64,000 nucleotides of DNA, from the NCBI GenBank assembly GCA_963833985.1, contig CAWIAD010000002.1, positions 256,001 to 320,000 on the forward strand, given 5' to 3'. Shown piece after piece: positions 49,970-60,584 of this stretch. The position numbers and the translations under genes were made by a program. Position 1 is the stretch's first letter. Every line of letters starts with the position of its first letter. A model generated the notes under the pieces. The model saw only the letters and a list, made by a program, of their open reading frames with translations. It had not been told where the DNA came from and searched no databases. Source of the DNA: an uncultured Planctomycetaceae bacterium (GTDB lineage: Bacteria > Planctomycetota > Planctomycetia > Isosphaerales > Isosphaeraceae).

Positions 49970-50674
49970 ATGACGACGCCGGGTCCCCACATTCGCTCAC
50001 TCTCCCGTTTCGCCTGCGCGACATTGCTGCTGCTGGCCGGCTGCCAGAACCCGGCAGACGATGTTGCCGGCGCCAAGGTCTCCGCACCCCGGACCGATGC
50101 GGCCCCGACGACTTCCGCCAGCACACCGGCAGCCGCGCCGGCCGCGGTGCCAAAGGACGCCGTTCCCCTGCATATCAGCCCCGAGAACTCCAAGATCGAC
50201 TTCGTCGGCTCCAAGGTCACCGGCAGCCACAACGGCAGCTTCAAGTCGTTCGAGGGCACCTGGAACCTGGTTGCGGCAAAGCCCGAAGCCAGCACCATCA
50301 GGGCCGAGATCGCCATGGACTCGGTCTGGACGGACAACGACAAGCTCACGGGACATCTCAAGTCCCCCGACTTCTTCGACGTGGGCAAGTTCCCCAGATC
50401 CACCTTCGAATCGACCGGAATCAAGTCCGGCAGCAGCGACCCCAAGGCCAGGGACGCCACTCACACGGTCACCGGCAACCTCACATTGCACGGTGTGACC
50501 AAATCCATCGAATTCCCGGCGAAGATCACCACGACGGCCGACTCGGCCAGCCTGGACAGCGAGTTCTTCCTGAACCGCAAGGACTTTGGCATCAGCTATC
50601 CCGGAATGGCCAACGACCTGATCCGCGAAGAAGTCGTCCTCAAGCTGGCCGTCCACGCGGCGAAGACTCCCTGA
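49970..50674 (+). CDS. YceI family lipoprotein
   Basis: Lipobox LAGC; HLKSPDFFDVGKFP, GNLTLHGVTK and RKDFGI. Confidence 0.9.
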   Translation: MTTPGPHIRSLSRFACATLLLLAGCQNPADDVAGAKVSAPRTDAAPTTSASTPAAAPAAVPKDAVPLHISPENSKIDFVGSKVTGSHNGSFKSFEGTWNLVAAKPEASTIRAEIAMDSVWTDNDKLTGHLKSPDFFDVGKFPRSTFESTGIKSGSSDPKARDATHTVTGNLTLHGVTKSIEFPAKITTTADSASLDSEFFLNRKDFGISYPGMANDLIREEVVLKLAVHAAKTP

Positions 50675-50802
50675 CAGGAGACACAATCTGTTCATCTGGA
50701 CAGATCCGGCCCGGTTCGTTAGGATCCTGGTATCGAGCCATGCGCCGCGAGCCGCTGTTTCTCGTGGCGATTGGCTCGCGGGCCAGGACCTGGGTTCCTT
50801 TC

Positions 50803-51898
50803 ATGAGCGATGCCGGGCGATTGCCACCCAGGGGTCGTGGCGCGGGGTTCAACCCGCCGAACCGCTTCGAGACCAGCCATCATGAGCTGGAACTGGAGCA
50901 GGTCGAGGATGACGCCGAGTATCTCGCGGCGCTGGGACGGCCGGCCACCGAGTTCCTGCCCGACCGCTCACGCAGCGTGATCTGCTCGAACGACAGCCCC
51001 GACGTCGGTTTCGAGGTGAGCCTCAACCCGTATCGTGGCTGTGAACATGGTTGCATTTATTGCTATGCCCGTCCGACCCACGAGTTTCTGGGACTTTCGG
51101 CGGGGCTCGATTTCGAGACGCGGATCCTGGTGAAGCACGATGCGCCGGACCTGCTTCGCCGGGAGCTCGAAGTCGCCACGTTGGAAATCGCGCGTGCTCG
51201 GGCTGAGCGGCGTGACCGACCCTTATCAGCCCATCGAGCGGAAGCTCAGGCTCACCCGCCGGTGCCTGGAGGTGCTGGTCGCGTTTCGCCAGGCAGTGAC
51301 CATCGTCACCAAGAACCGCCTCGTGATGCGCGATATCGACCTGCTGGGCGAGCTGGCGCGGCACGGGGCGGCCGGCGTCATGATCTCCGTCACAACGCTC
51401 GACGCGAGCCTGGCACGCCAGCTCGAGCCGCGCACCAGCTCGCCGGCGGGAAAGCTCGAGGCGATCGCCGCGCTCAGGCAGGCGGGCATTCCCGTGGGCG
51501 TCATGGTGGCACCGGTGATCCCGGGACTGACCGAGCACGAGCTGCCGCGCATCCTGGAAGCAGCCCATGAGGCGGGCGCTGCGCACGCCAGCTACGTGCT
51601 GCTGCGCCTGCCGCTGGCCGTCGCCGGACTGTTCGAGGAGTGGCTCCAGCGACATCGCCCCGATGCCCGGGAGAAGATTCTGGGACGGATCCGAGCCACT
51701 CGCGACGGCCGCCTGAACGATGCGCGCTTCGGCGTCCGCATGCGCGGCGAGGGTCCACTTGCCGACCTCATCCGCCAGGTCTTTCACGTCAACTCGACGC
51801 GGCTTGGGATGAACCGTCAGCCATGGCCCGTTGCGACGGCAGCATACTGTCGCCCCAGCGCCCATGCCGGCGAACTCCAACTGCGCCTCTTTGACTGA
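50803..51898 (+). CDS. PA0069/Rv2578c-family (SPL-like) radical SAM protein (frameshift near 51170)
   Basis: NPYRGCEHGCIYCYARPTHE, then TDPYQPIE, EPRTSSP and APVIPGL in the next frame. Confidence 0.9.
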
Positions 51899-52267
51899 GA
51901 GCCCCAGGACGAGCCCGCCAACTTACATAAATTAATGTATCCGCATGTTAATATATTTACTATTGTAAATTTCACACTGCATCCGCCGCACCAGCTCGCG
52001 GGAAGCACGGCGTTCAGCGGCCATGAAGACGAAGAAGGGCAGATTCTTCTCCAGTCAATGGAATAAGTTTTCAAGATTCGTCATTCCTTTTGATTTTCAA
52101 TTCTGTTACACTTCAATAGGTTGGTCTGACGATAGAGTGAATACCGTGATTTTCATGGAATCACTCTCTGATTACCCTCCCGCCTCCTGGGCTCCTTGGT
52201 GTGCCCCTTTCTCATCGACCCAGAAAGCAGTCAACGGGTCGAAAGTCTTTGCCACAGGGAGTTTACC

Positions 52268-52537
52268 GTGGGAAAGAAATTGTATGTTGGAAATTTGACC
52301 TATGCGGTGACCCACGCGGATCTGCAAGATTGGTTCACCCCGTTCGGGACCGTGCAGAGCGCTCAGGTCATCCAGGACCGTGACATGGGACGCAGCAAGG
52401 GGTTCGGTTTCGTCGAGATGGATACCGACGCCCAGGCCCAGGCTGCGATCCAGGGACTCAATGATCAGGAACAAGACGGCCGGCGGCTCAAGGTGAGCGA
52501 AGCCAAGGCCCGGGTTGCCCGTACCAACCCCGTGTAG
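52268..52537 (+). CDS. RRM-domain RNA-binding protein
   Basis: GGGAG RBS with GTG start; RNP2 LYVGNL and RNP1 KGFGFVEM. Confidence 0.93.
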   Translation: MGKKLYVGNLTYAVTHADLQDWFTPFGTVQSAQVIQDRDMGRSKGFGFVEMDTDAQAQAAIQGLNDQEQDGRRLKVSEAKARVARTNPV

Positions 52538-52723
52538 GGTAGACCCGCGGCGGTCAGCGGAGTCGCTGTCCTCCACCTGGGCATATCCCCAGAAACCACT
52601 CCCGCGGCTCGTCGAGTCCTCTGGTGCCGCCGGTGCGTCGGCCAATGATGCGCGACCTCTGGCTTGCCAACCATGCAAGCCGGAGGGATGTGAATCACTC
52701 ATCCAGGGCGGGTCAGGGCTGGT

Positions 52724-53248
52724 GTGACGACGCGTTCGACATGCTGGCGTCCGGTCGTGAGCCAGTCAAGTTCATGCGAATTCACCTCTGTTTCTATCTC
52801 CATTCCCCACGACTTGGAGCCTGAAGTGAACGCTTTCCCCGCCAGCGAGCAACGGATCTCGGAGATCGAGAGAGGTCGAATCTGCATGGCGACCCTGCCG
52901 ATGCCAGCGGGCAAGACGCTCTGCGCTGGAGATTCCATCCTCTTTGCCGTTGTGGCTTCACGAGGCGGTAAGGAGAGCCGTTACGTGCAGGATGGGGATT
53001 CGGTTTGTGTCTCGCTCACCCGGGTCACCGATCTTGGCGCAACTGATCCCGCTACTGGACAAGCTCTCTTTGAACTCTCCTGGAAGCCGCTCGGTCAAGG
53101 CACTCCCAGCGGCAAGACCGCGAAGCGTGTCGTGAAGCCCCGTGTTGCTCGTGGAGCCGCAGCGCCAGGCACCCTGCTTGCACCGACCGAGGCGCCGCAG
53201 AAGGCCCCCGACTTCGATCCGCTCTCGGTGACCCTTGTGAGCGACTGA
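52724..53248 (+). CDS. Hypothetical protein, possible ASCH/DUF3850-like fold
   Basis: Pattern ISEIERGR...AGDSILF...GDSVCVSLTRVTD...LFELSW. Start uncertain. Confidence 0.45.
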   Translation: MTTRSTCWRPVVSQSSSCEFTSVSISIPHDLEPEVNAFPASEQRISEIERGRICMATLPMPAGKTLCAGDSILFAVVASRGGKESRYVQDGDSVCVSLTRVTDLGATDPATGQALFELSWKPLGQGTPSGKTAKRVVKPRVARGAAAPGTLLAPTEAPQKAPDFDPLSVTLVSD

Positions 53249-53722
53249 ATCGGTCTCTCTTCCAGTGCCCGTTCTCTCTCTCATGATGGGACCCTGTCAG
53301 AGAGATCCCACCTCACGCACATATCTCATTATCTCGATGCGCTTGTCCCCACTTTCTTTCATGTCCTTGCCATTGAACTGACTCCCGTTCCCACCTGAGC
53401 CAGGGTCAGATCCCCTCTGCCTGTGTTCTCGCTGGTTCCCTGGCCTGCCTGACCTCGAGAACCGGCTTCGTGGTTCGTGACGTTGCTCGGTCCGCAACGA
53501 GGGCCTTCCCGGGTCGTCGAGCCTGGTACGGAGAGCTGGGCGGTCCAGCGCGGCACCGGGATTCACCGACGTCCAGAGCCCCGAGGCGTTTGCTTGCCCC
53601 TGCGTCCCCTGCCAGGAGCGACGGCTTCGGCTTTTTGAGTGAAGCGCACACCGTCTCCAGGCGGCTCGTGACTGGACCGAAAGAACTTCCGATTCGCGCG
53701 GGAACCCCTTGATCTCGTCTGC

Positions 53723-53751
53723 TAACTGTATTAGGATGCCTAGTACAGTTA
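53723..53751. promoter_or_regulatory. Palindromic operator, YtrA/GntR-type
   Basis: TAACTGTATTAG-GATGC-CTAGTACAGTTA (11 of 12 bp pair) just upstream of the GntR start. Confidence 0.75.
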
Positions 53752-53765
53752 ATCAAGGTGCTCTC

Positions 53766-54170
53766 ATGCAGTATGAAATCAACAGCGCGAGTCGCCTGCC
53801 GATCTACCAGCAACTGGTGCAGCAGGTGCGCGAGGCGGTGGCACGCGGCGACCTGAAGCCGGACGAGCAGCTTCCGTCGGTGCGCCAGCTCTCACGTGAT
53901 CTCGTGATCAACCCCAACACGGTGGCCCGAGCCTATACCGAGCTCGAACGCGAGGGGTTGCTCAACAACCGCCCCGGGCGCGGCGTGTTCGTGGCCGAGC
54001 CGAAGGACGAGCTGACCAGGGACGCCCGGCGCAGGCGGTTGCTGGACGTACTCGACAGGTTCCTCACCGAGGCCGTGCACCTGGCGTTCTCGGAGGAAGA
54101 GGTGTTGCGGCTCGTGGCGAGCCGGTCACGGCAGTTTCAGTGGAACCCGGCCAGGGCAAGCTCGAAATGA
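53766..54170 (+). CDS. GntR family regulator, YtrA subfamily
   Basis: PIYQQLVQQV, LPSVRQLSRDLVINPNTVARAYTELE and GRGVFV; short C-terminus; precedes an ABC ATPase. Confidence 0.93.
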   Translation: MQYEINSASRLPIYQQLVQQVREAVARGDLKPDEQLPSVRQLSRDLVINPNTVARAYTELEREGLLNNRPGRGVFVAEPKDELTRDARRRRLLDVLDRFLTEAVHLAFSEEEVLRLVASRSRQFQWNPARASSK

Positions 54171-54185
54171 GTGCGAGGCGACAAG

Positions 54186-55142
54186 ATGACGCATGCCATC
54201 TCTACTGATCATCTCACGAAGTATTACGGTACGCGATGCGTGGTCAACAGCCTGAACCTGCAAGTCCCCGCCGGGACGGTGTATGGCTTCCTGGGGCGGA
54301 ACGGGGCGGGCAAGTCGACGACCATCAAGATGCTGCTCGGGATGGTCCAGCCCAGTTGCGGCAAGGTCGAGCTGCTCGGGCACGAGGTCGCCAGCCTGCC
54401 TTCCGAGCTTCGGGGACGCATTGCTTACCTGGCGGAGGGGCATCCGCTCTACGGCTGGATGACCGTGGCCGAGGCGGCACGGTTTGCCCGCGCCTTCCAT
54501 CCGGCCCGCTGGAATCAGCAGTTGCTGGACCAGATCCTCGATCATTTTGAAATCCCACCACAGGCGAAGCTGCGCCGCCTGTCGAACGGGCAGCGCGCCA
54601 ATGTCGCCCTGTCGCTGGCCATCGCCCCCGATCCTGACCTGCTCATCCTGGACGACCCCACGCTCGGCCTGGATACGGTGACTCGCCGTGATTTCCTGAT
54701 GTCCATGGTCCACCTGGTTCAGCGTCAGGGTCGGACGATCCTCTTCAGCTCGCACATCCTGGCCGACGTCGAGCGCGTGGCCGATCGGATCGGCATCCTC
54801 GTCGACGGCGTGCTGCGGGTGGACTGTCCGACCGAACACTTCAAGCAAGGCGTCCGCAAGGTGGTACTCGAGTTCCCCGGCCCGCCGCCGCCGTTCCCCG
54901 GCTGTGCGGGGCTGGTCCAGGCGTGGCAGGTGGGCCACCGTCTCGAGCTGGTGATCGTCGGTTTCGGGCCGGACCAGCGCCAGGTGATCGAATCACTCTC
55001 GCCCCTCTCCTGGGATGTCGCTGGGCTGAACCTGGAAGACGCCTTCGTCGCGTACACGCGTGGCCCCCGGCGGTCGTTGCCCGCGTTCAGTGAGGAAACG
55101 ACTCCGGATCCCCAGGTCTCCAGCGATCGAGGAGCCGCATGA
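54186..55142 (+). CDS. ABC transporter ATP-binding protein (YtrB-like)
   Basis: GRNGAGKS, LSNGQR, LILDDPT and SSH. Confidence 0.92.
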   Translation: MTHAISTDHLTKYYGTRCVVNSLNLQVPAGTVYGFLGRNGAGKSTTIKMLLGMVQPSCGKVELLGHEVASLPSELRGRIAYLAEGHPLYGWMTVAEAARFARAFHPARWNQQLLDQILDHFEIPPQAKLRRLSNGQRANVALSLAIAPDPDLLILDDPTLGLDTVTRRDFLMSMVHLVQRQGRTILFSSHILADVERVADRIGILVDGVLRVDCPTEHFKQGVRKVVLEFPGPPPPFPGCAGLVQAWQVGHRLELVIVGFGPDQRQVIESLSPLSWDVAGLNLEDAFVAYTRGPRRSLPAFSEETTPDPQVSSDRGAA

Positions 55143-56609
55143 TCATGAGTGCTTTCCGCGTTTCTCTGGTGCGCCGGCTCGCCTGGGGGGCGACCCTGGC
55201 GCTGGGATTCGGCACCGCCTGGATGTTCGTGCTGATCCTGCTCGCCACCTGGGTTCAAGAGGCGTGGCGAGTCGGTGACTCCAGCCCTGTCGAGAGGCTC
55301 GTGGTCAGATCGGACGGTACACTTCTGGTCCAGAGCTACCCGACCGACCATCCTGGCGAGTGGACCTTTCGCGACCTGGAAGGCCGTCCGCAAGTCGCTC
55401 CCGATCATGACGATCAGATTCCGGCGGTGTACCTCTCCGGAGAGCCCCGGAAGGCAGGCTACTTCACCACGCGGCCCGACTGGAATTCGAGGATGAAGCC
55501 CTTCTTGAATGAGAAAGCGCCAGACATCAACTGGTTCTTCGTCTACGACGGCAAGCCGGATGGCGCGGGTTACTTCGTCGCCTATGACCGCCCAAGCAAA
55601 CGGCGCATCGGCTTTCTTGGGATGTCGGGCTTTCACGCGGAGCCCGTGCCACCCGCCGACTGGATCCCGGTACACGGGCTACCGGCAAGCTCGGTACCGC
55701 TGTCCATCTACTCAAATCGCTGGTCGATGAATCCCGGACTCCACGACATCCCGCCACGCTGGGCTTACGCGCCGGCTGGAAATGTACTGCGCAAGGTGGA
55801 TCTCGCCGCGCGGTCTGTCACGACCGTGCTGGAGGATCAGGAGCCGATTGTCGCGGTGGGCGTTCCCGGGATCAGCTCCTGGTACGGCGGTAGTCCGACG
55901 AAGGAAAGAACCGTTCTCGTGCGGACGACACACCAGATCCAGGAACTTGATCGGAACGACCATGCTGCCAAGGTTTTCACGATTCCATCCGGGGTCGACC
56001 GGCAGAGCCAGGTGGAATGGTACGAGCTGGAGAACGGCCAGGCGATCGCGGTCATCGACATGGTACGGCCGACCGGAGAAGAGAACAGCCTGCCCAGGCG
56101 GATGGTCTACCGGATCAGTAGCGACCGCACCATCCAGAATGAATTCGAGCTGCACTTGCAGTTCGGATCATCGGGCCCAGGTCAGCCAATACTGGCACTG
56201 GAGACCGGCCTGTCAGTACCGTCGCCTGTGATGCTGTCTGGCCTTGCGCTCCTCTTCGGAACCGAGTCCGGACCGCCTCAGAACAGTTAGGCGACTGCCA
56301 CCTCGCTTTTGAATGTTTTCTTGCCTTCCTTGCTGGCCGCCCTGGTGTTGTCGCTGATCCTGGCCGGCCTGGCCTGGCGGCGCAGGCCGTGCATTCGGGC
56401 TTTCCCGCCGGGAGCAACTCTCCTGGGCAGTCTTCGTGCTCCTCTTCGGCCTGCCGGCTTATGCGGGCTTTCGACTCCATCGCCGCTGGCCGGTCCGGCT
56501 GGGTTGTCCGCTTTGCCATGCCCGGGTTCCTCGCGACCGTGAAACCTGCGCGGATTGCGGAGCACGCTTCCCGGATCCGAGTCTCCAGGGGATCGAGGTC
56601 TTCGCCTGA
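55139..56609 (+). CDS. Membrane protein with large periplasmic domain and C-terminal zinc ribbon (in-frame TAG at 56288-56290, frameshift near 56385)
   Basis: The frame stays open and hydrophobic after the TAG; the shifted tail reads WAVFVLLFGLPAY...CPLC...CADC...GIEVFA*. Confidence 0.7.
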
Positions 56610-56702
56610 GCTGAAGGCAAGGCAAGACATCAGTAAACGTAATGCCATTAAACCAAGCTCGCTCGTTGTTCTTTGCGGTGCACTGTTGCGGGAGCAATCC
56701 GA

Positions 56703-57384
56703 ATGGTCCTGGCCATCGTCCGGAAAGAGCTGCGTGAAACCTGGCTGTTCTCCGCACTCGCGCTGGGGCTGTACGCGCTTTACCTGTGCAGACTCACGGG
56801 GACATCAAACTTCCTGCTCGATCGACTTGGCGGGTGGATCCCGGGGATGAATGTCGAGACGCCCGAAGTTCCCTTTGTCCAGGGTAACTTCTCGACCATG
56901 TTGTTCTTCATCGGAGCCGCGCTGGCGATTGCGCCTGGGGTTTCGCCAGTCGGCCTGGGAGCCAAGCCAGGGGACAGCGCTCTACCTGCTGCACCTTCCT
57001 CTCACCCGCCGCTCGCTCTTCTTGAGCAAGCTGCTCACGGGGATCGGTCTGCTGCTCGCCTGCACACTCTTGCCGATCCTGATCTATGCGGCCTGGGCCG
57101 CACTGCCGGGAATGCATGCCGGTCCGTTTGAATGGTCGATGGCCTGGCCGGCGTTTCAAGTCTGGCTTTTCATGCCGGTTGTTTACCTCGGAGCCTTTGC
57201 CAGCGGCATCCGCCCGGCGCGCTGGTACGGCTCGCGGCTCCTGCCCCTGGTCGCCGTGGCACCTGCCGGTTCCCTGATAATCGCACCGATGCCGTGGTGG
57301 CTAATAGTCGCCCCGCTCGTTCTGCTCATGGCGCTGGCTCTGATAAGTGATATCCTCTGTGAAGCAGCAACACGCGATTTTTAG
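56703..57384 (+). CDS. ABC transporter permease (frameshift near 56932)
   Basis: MVLAIVRKELRE, then GFRQSAWEPSQGTALYLLHLPLTRRSLFLSKL in the next frame. Confidence 0.8.
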
Positions 57385-57414
57385 GATACTGCATATACTT
57401 GCCCATCCCATGAA

Positions 57415-57840
57415 TCAACCGACGCCCAAGACTGTAGATCCCGTGGCGATCACCGGCGACCTCGGAGGATCGCGCTGGGTGGCAGGGTGGTCGCGATGCT
57501 CGCCGAGGAACGCCGGGAGGCCGGCCGGCCCTTTGTCGAAGCCGTAGACCCGGATGGCGACGCCCATCCTCTTCTCGACGGCCGTGGCCTCGCGCTCGAG
57601 AACCAGCGGCCCGTCGCCCCCCGCGACACCGAACTCGATCACGGATATCGCGCCGACTCCCGCTCGCACCGCCCGCCGGGCATCTTGATGCACCCCGACG
57701 AGATACGCCGGACGCTCGGAGATATCCCACAGGGCGCGCATCGAGGCCGGCACCGCGAAGCCCTTCAACAACGTACGGACGAAGACACGGAACGGCGGTT
57801 CGAATGCCAATCTCTTCAACGGTCCCGCCAGTGCATTCAT
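57415..57840 (-). pseudogene. Truncated TylF-like methyltransferase fragment
   Basis: ISVIEFGVAGGDG...IRVYGFD..GLP...RDHP, after which the ORF degenerates and stops. Confidence 0.55.
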
Positions 57841-57973
57841 TGCGGTTGTCGATACCAGAATCCGGCTCCGTGCGGCTCGTGCCGTCGCGATGCTCCGACC
57901 TCAAAGCAGGTCCGCAGAAGTCTTCGGTCAGGATTCGACAGACTGATGCGATACCGAATGGCTGGGCAGCCTG

Positions 57974-58201
57974 CTCGTGGGACAAGATTGCATTCTTGTC
58001 ACTTCTTCTATCTGATGAACCTGGAATTGCACGATTGGAATCGTACCCTGCGAGAAGAGCATCCGGCCGCTCCTTGTGGGCCACGATACCCGATCGTGTC
58101 ACTGCTTCGATCTCCTTGTGGGGCAAGATTCCATTCTTGTCACTTCTTCTATCTGATGAACCTAGAATGGCACGATTGGAATCGTACCCCACGAGAAGAG
58201 C
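57974..58201. repeat. REP/BIME-like cluster: two 87-bp direct repeats plus a central half-unit
   Basis: 57974-58060 and 58115-58201 are 80/87 identical. Each is bounded by inverted ~28-bp GTGG-headed palindromic units. Confidence 0.85.
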
Positions 58202-58540
58202 GGCCAGGCAGGCGGGCAAGAAGCTGCTGGAGCTCTCAGCCCCGGGCAAGCGACCTGTGATCCTGTCCAGAGACTTCTGCGGACCTGCTTGGATAATGCG
58301 GCAGCCGGAATTGTTCAATCCAGACCGTGAACGGATCGTTCCCGCCTCATGATAGCCATCTCCCCGGCACGCACACTTTCGGGTAGAAAGAACGGCAGGC
58401 GCTTCCTGGTAAGGCCCAGATCATTGCGCTGACGGTCCCAAAAGAATGCGAGCACTCCATCGAATAGCTCCCGGCTCGGCGATTCCGCGCGATCGCTGAT
58501 CTTGCCGTTTTTCCGCGCGAAGACCCCCGAGGATCAGACC

Positions 58541-60439
58541 ATGGTGCGCATGCAGTTGATGAACGCCGTCCTGACGCTACTTGCCGGCTCACTTCTCGGA
58601 TCAGGAGTCGCCGCACAAGAAAAGCCCAAGGAGGCCGCATCCGGGCCGGCTCAGCACGCCAGCAGCACGTCGGCCAGAGATGAGAAGAAAGCTCCCGAGA
58701 CACCCAAACCTCGGATCGCCGTCTTCCGGCTGGCCGGACCCGTTCAGGAGACACCCAGGGAAGAGATCTTCAACTTCGGCGGCGACACGGGAATTCCGCT
58801 TCAAACGCTGGTGACTCGCATGGACAAGGCCGCCAAGGACAGCGCCGTGAAGGCGGTCGTGATCCTGCTTGACCAGCCGGCCATCGGCGCGGCCCAGGTC
58901 GAGGAGCTGAGGGCGGCCATCGCGCGGCTGCGCGCGGCGGGCAAGGATGTCATCGCCCACGCCGATACGATCGGCACCATGGGCCAGTACGTCCTGCTCT
59001 CGGCAGCCTCGCACCTGAGCGTCGTTCCCACGGCCGACCTCTGGATCACGGGCGTCTACGGCGAAGCCCCCTACCTGCGCCGCCTGCTCGAGAAGATCGG
59101 AGTCAAGCCGGATTTCATGACCTGCGGCGACTACAAGAGCGCCGCCGAGATCTTCCTGCGCGAAGGACCCAGCAAGGAGGCTGAGGCCATGCAAAACTGG
59201 CTGCTCGACAGCCTCTACGACACCCAGGTAAAGCGCATCGCGGCCAGCCGCAAGGTCAGCCCCGAGCTGGTCAAAGCCTGGATCGACAGCGGCCCGCATT
59301 CCGCCGAGAAGGCCAGGGAGCTGGGCATGGTCGATACGGTCGAGCAACGGCAGGACCTGGAAGCGCGCCTGAAGGGGCGGTTCGGTAAAGACGTCGTGTT
59401 CGATCGCAAGTATGGCGGCAAGGCCGAGCCCAAGCTCGACGCCTCGTCGCCCTTCGGGCTGCTCAAGTTCTGGGGTGAGCTCCTGGGCGCTTCACGGCAG
59501 GCCGCCTCGAAGAAGCCGGCGATCGGCATTGTTTACGTCGAGGGGCCGATCACGCTGGGCGGTGAAGCGGCTTCGATGTTCCAGGACGCTGTCGCATCCA
59601 GCGCATCGATCCGGAAGGCCCTGAACGAGGCCGCCGATGACGATACGGTCAAGGCCGTCGTGCTGCGCGTCGATTCGCCGGGCGGCTCGGCGCTGGCGAG
59701 CGAGATCATTCTTGATGCCACCCGCCGCGTGAAGGACAAGAAGCCGTTCACCGTTTCGATGGGCAACGTGGCGGGGAGCGGGGGGTATTACGTGGCGTGT
59801 GCCGCCGACACCATCTTCGCCGACGACGCCACGATCACCGCCTCGATCGGCGTGGTCGGCGGCAAGCTTGCCACCAGCGGTCTGTACGACAAGCTGGGAG
59901 TCACGTTCAAATCGTACCGCCGCGGGCAGAATGCTGGGATGCTGGCTTCCAGCGAGGTTTTCACCGCCGGCGAACGGCTCAAGATGCGAACCTGGATGGA
60001 CGAGATCTACGGGGTGTTCAAGGGACACGTCACCGCCAGCCGGGGCAGCCGGCTCAAGAAGCCGATCGACGAGCTGGCCGGCGGGCGCGTCTTCACCGGC
60101 CGGCAGGCCCTCGAGCTCGGACTGGTCGATCGGATCGGCACCTTGCACGATGCCATCGGGCATGTCGCCTCTCAGGCGAAGCTGACCGACTACGATGTCC
60201 GCGTCATCCCCAAGCCAAAGTCGTTCCTGGAACAGCTTCTCGAAGATGGGAATGACAACGATGGCCGCAAGGGGCTGGACGTGGTTCACAAGCCGAACCT
60301 GCTCGAGCTGGCGCAGCCGTTCCTCCGCGCTTTCGACCCCGCGCGCGCCCAGCTCGTGCGCGTCGCACTCGGACGCCTGGAGCTGCTGAACCGCGAGGGC
60401 GTCATCCTCATGATGCCCGAGCTGGGCCTGGAACGCTGA
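58541..60439 (+). CDS. sppA: Signal peptide peptidase SppA (protease IV, long form)
   Basis: Two S49 domains; [29 protein letters not shown] and [17 protein letters not shown]. Confidence 0.92.
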   Translation: MVRMQLMNAVLTLLAGSLLGSGVAAQEKPKEAASGPAQHASSTSARDEKKAPETPKPRIAVFRLAGPVQETPREEIFNFGGDTGIPLQTLVTRMDKAAKDSAVKAVVILLDQPAIGAAQVEELRAAIARLRAAGKDVIAHADTIGTMGQYVLLSAASHLSVVPTADLWITGVYGEAPYLRRLLEKIGVKPDFMTCGDYKSAAEIFLREGPSKEAEAMQNWLLDSLYDTQVKRIAASRKVSPELVKAWIDSGPHSAEKARELGMVDTVEQRQDLEARLKGRFGKDVVFDRKYGGKAEPKLDASSPFGLLKFWGELLGASRQAASKKPAIGIVYVEGPITLGGEAASMFQDAVASSASIRKALNEAADDDTVKAVVLRVDSPGGSALASEIILDATRRVKDKKPFTVSMGNVAGSGGYYVACAADTIFADDATITASIGVVGGKLATSGLYDKLGVTFKSYRRGQNAGMLASSEVFTAGERLKMRTWMDEIYGVFKGHVTASRGSRLKKPIDELAGGRVFTGRQALELGLVDRIGTLHDAIGHVASQAKLTDYDVRVIPKPKSFLEQLLEDGNDNDGRKGLDVVHKPNLLELAQPFLRAFDPARAQLVRVALGRLELLNREGVILMMPELGLER

Positions 60440-60584
60440 ACGCCAGACCAAGGTGGTGGGCCGTGCCTCCCGCGGGGCCTGCCACCAATCTCCGCGACAA
60501 CTTTCAGGACTGTGGCGAAGGGTCCTCGACGACGCTAGGATCTGGGATGATCCGATCGCTGTCCTTCTCCAGGAGCCTGAAGTA

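Noticed and set aside
53297..53566. Short minus-strand ORF upstream of the GntR operon
   Set aside because: No RBS or recognisable motif; unsupported.
57974..58201. CRISPR array
   Set aside because: Only two long units with near-identical interiors, no unique spacers and no cas genes; it fits REP-like elements better.
57326..58352. Long ORFs on both strands across the repeat cluster
   Set aside because: They translate the REP-like repeats and antisense of the methyltransferase relic, with no protein-like motifs.
60452..60486. Imperfect hairpin after sppA
   Set aside because: No U-tract and no second copy in the window, so it cannot be classified.
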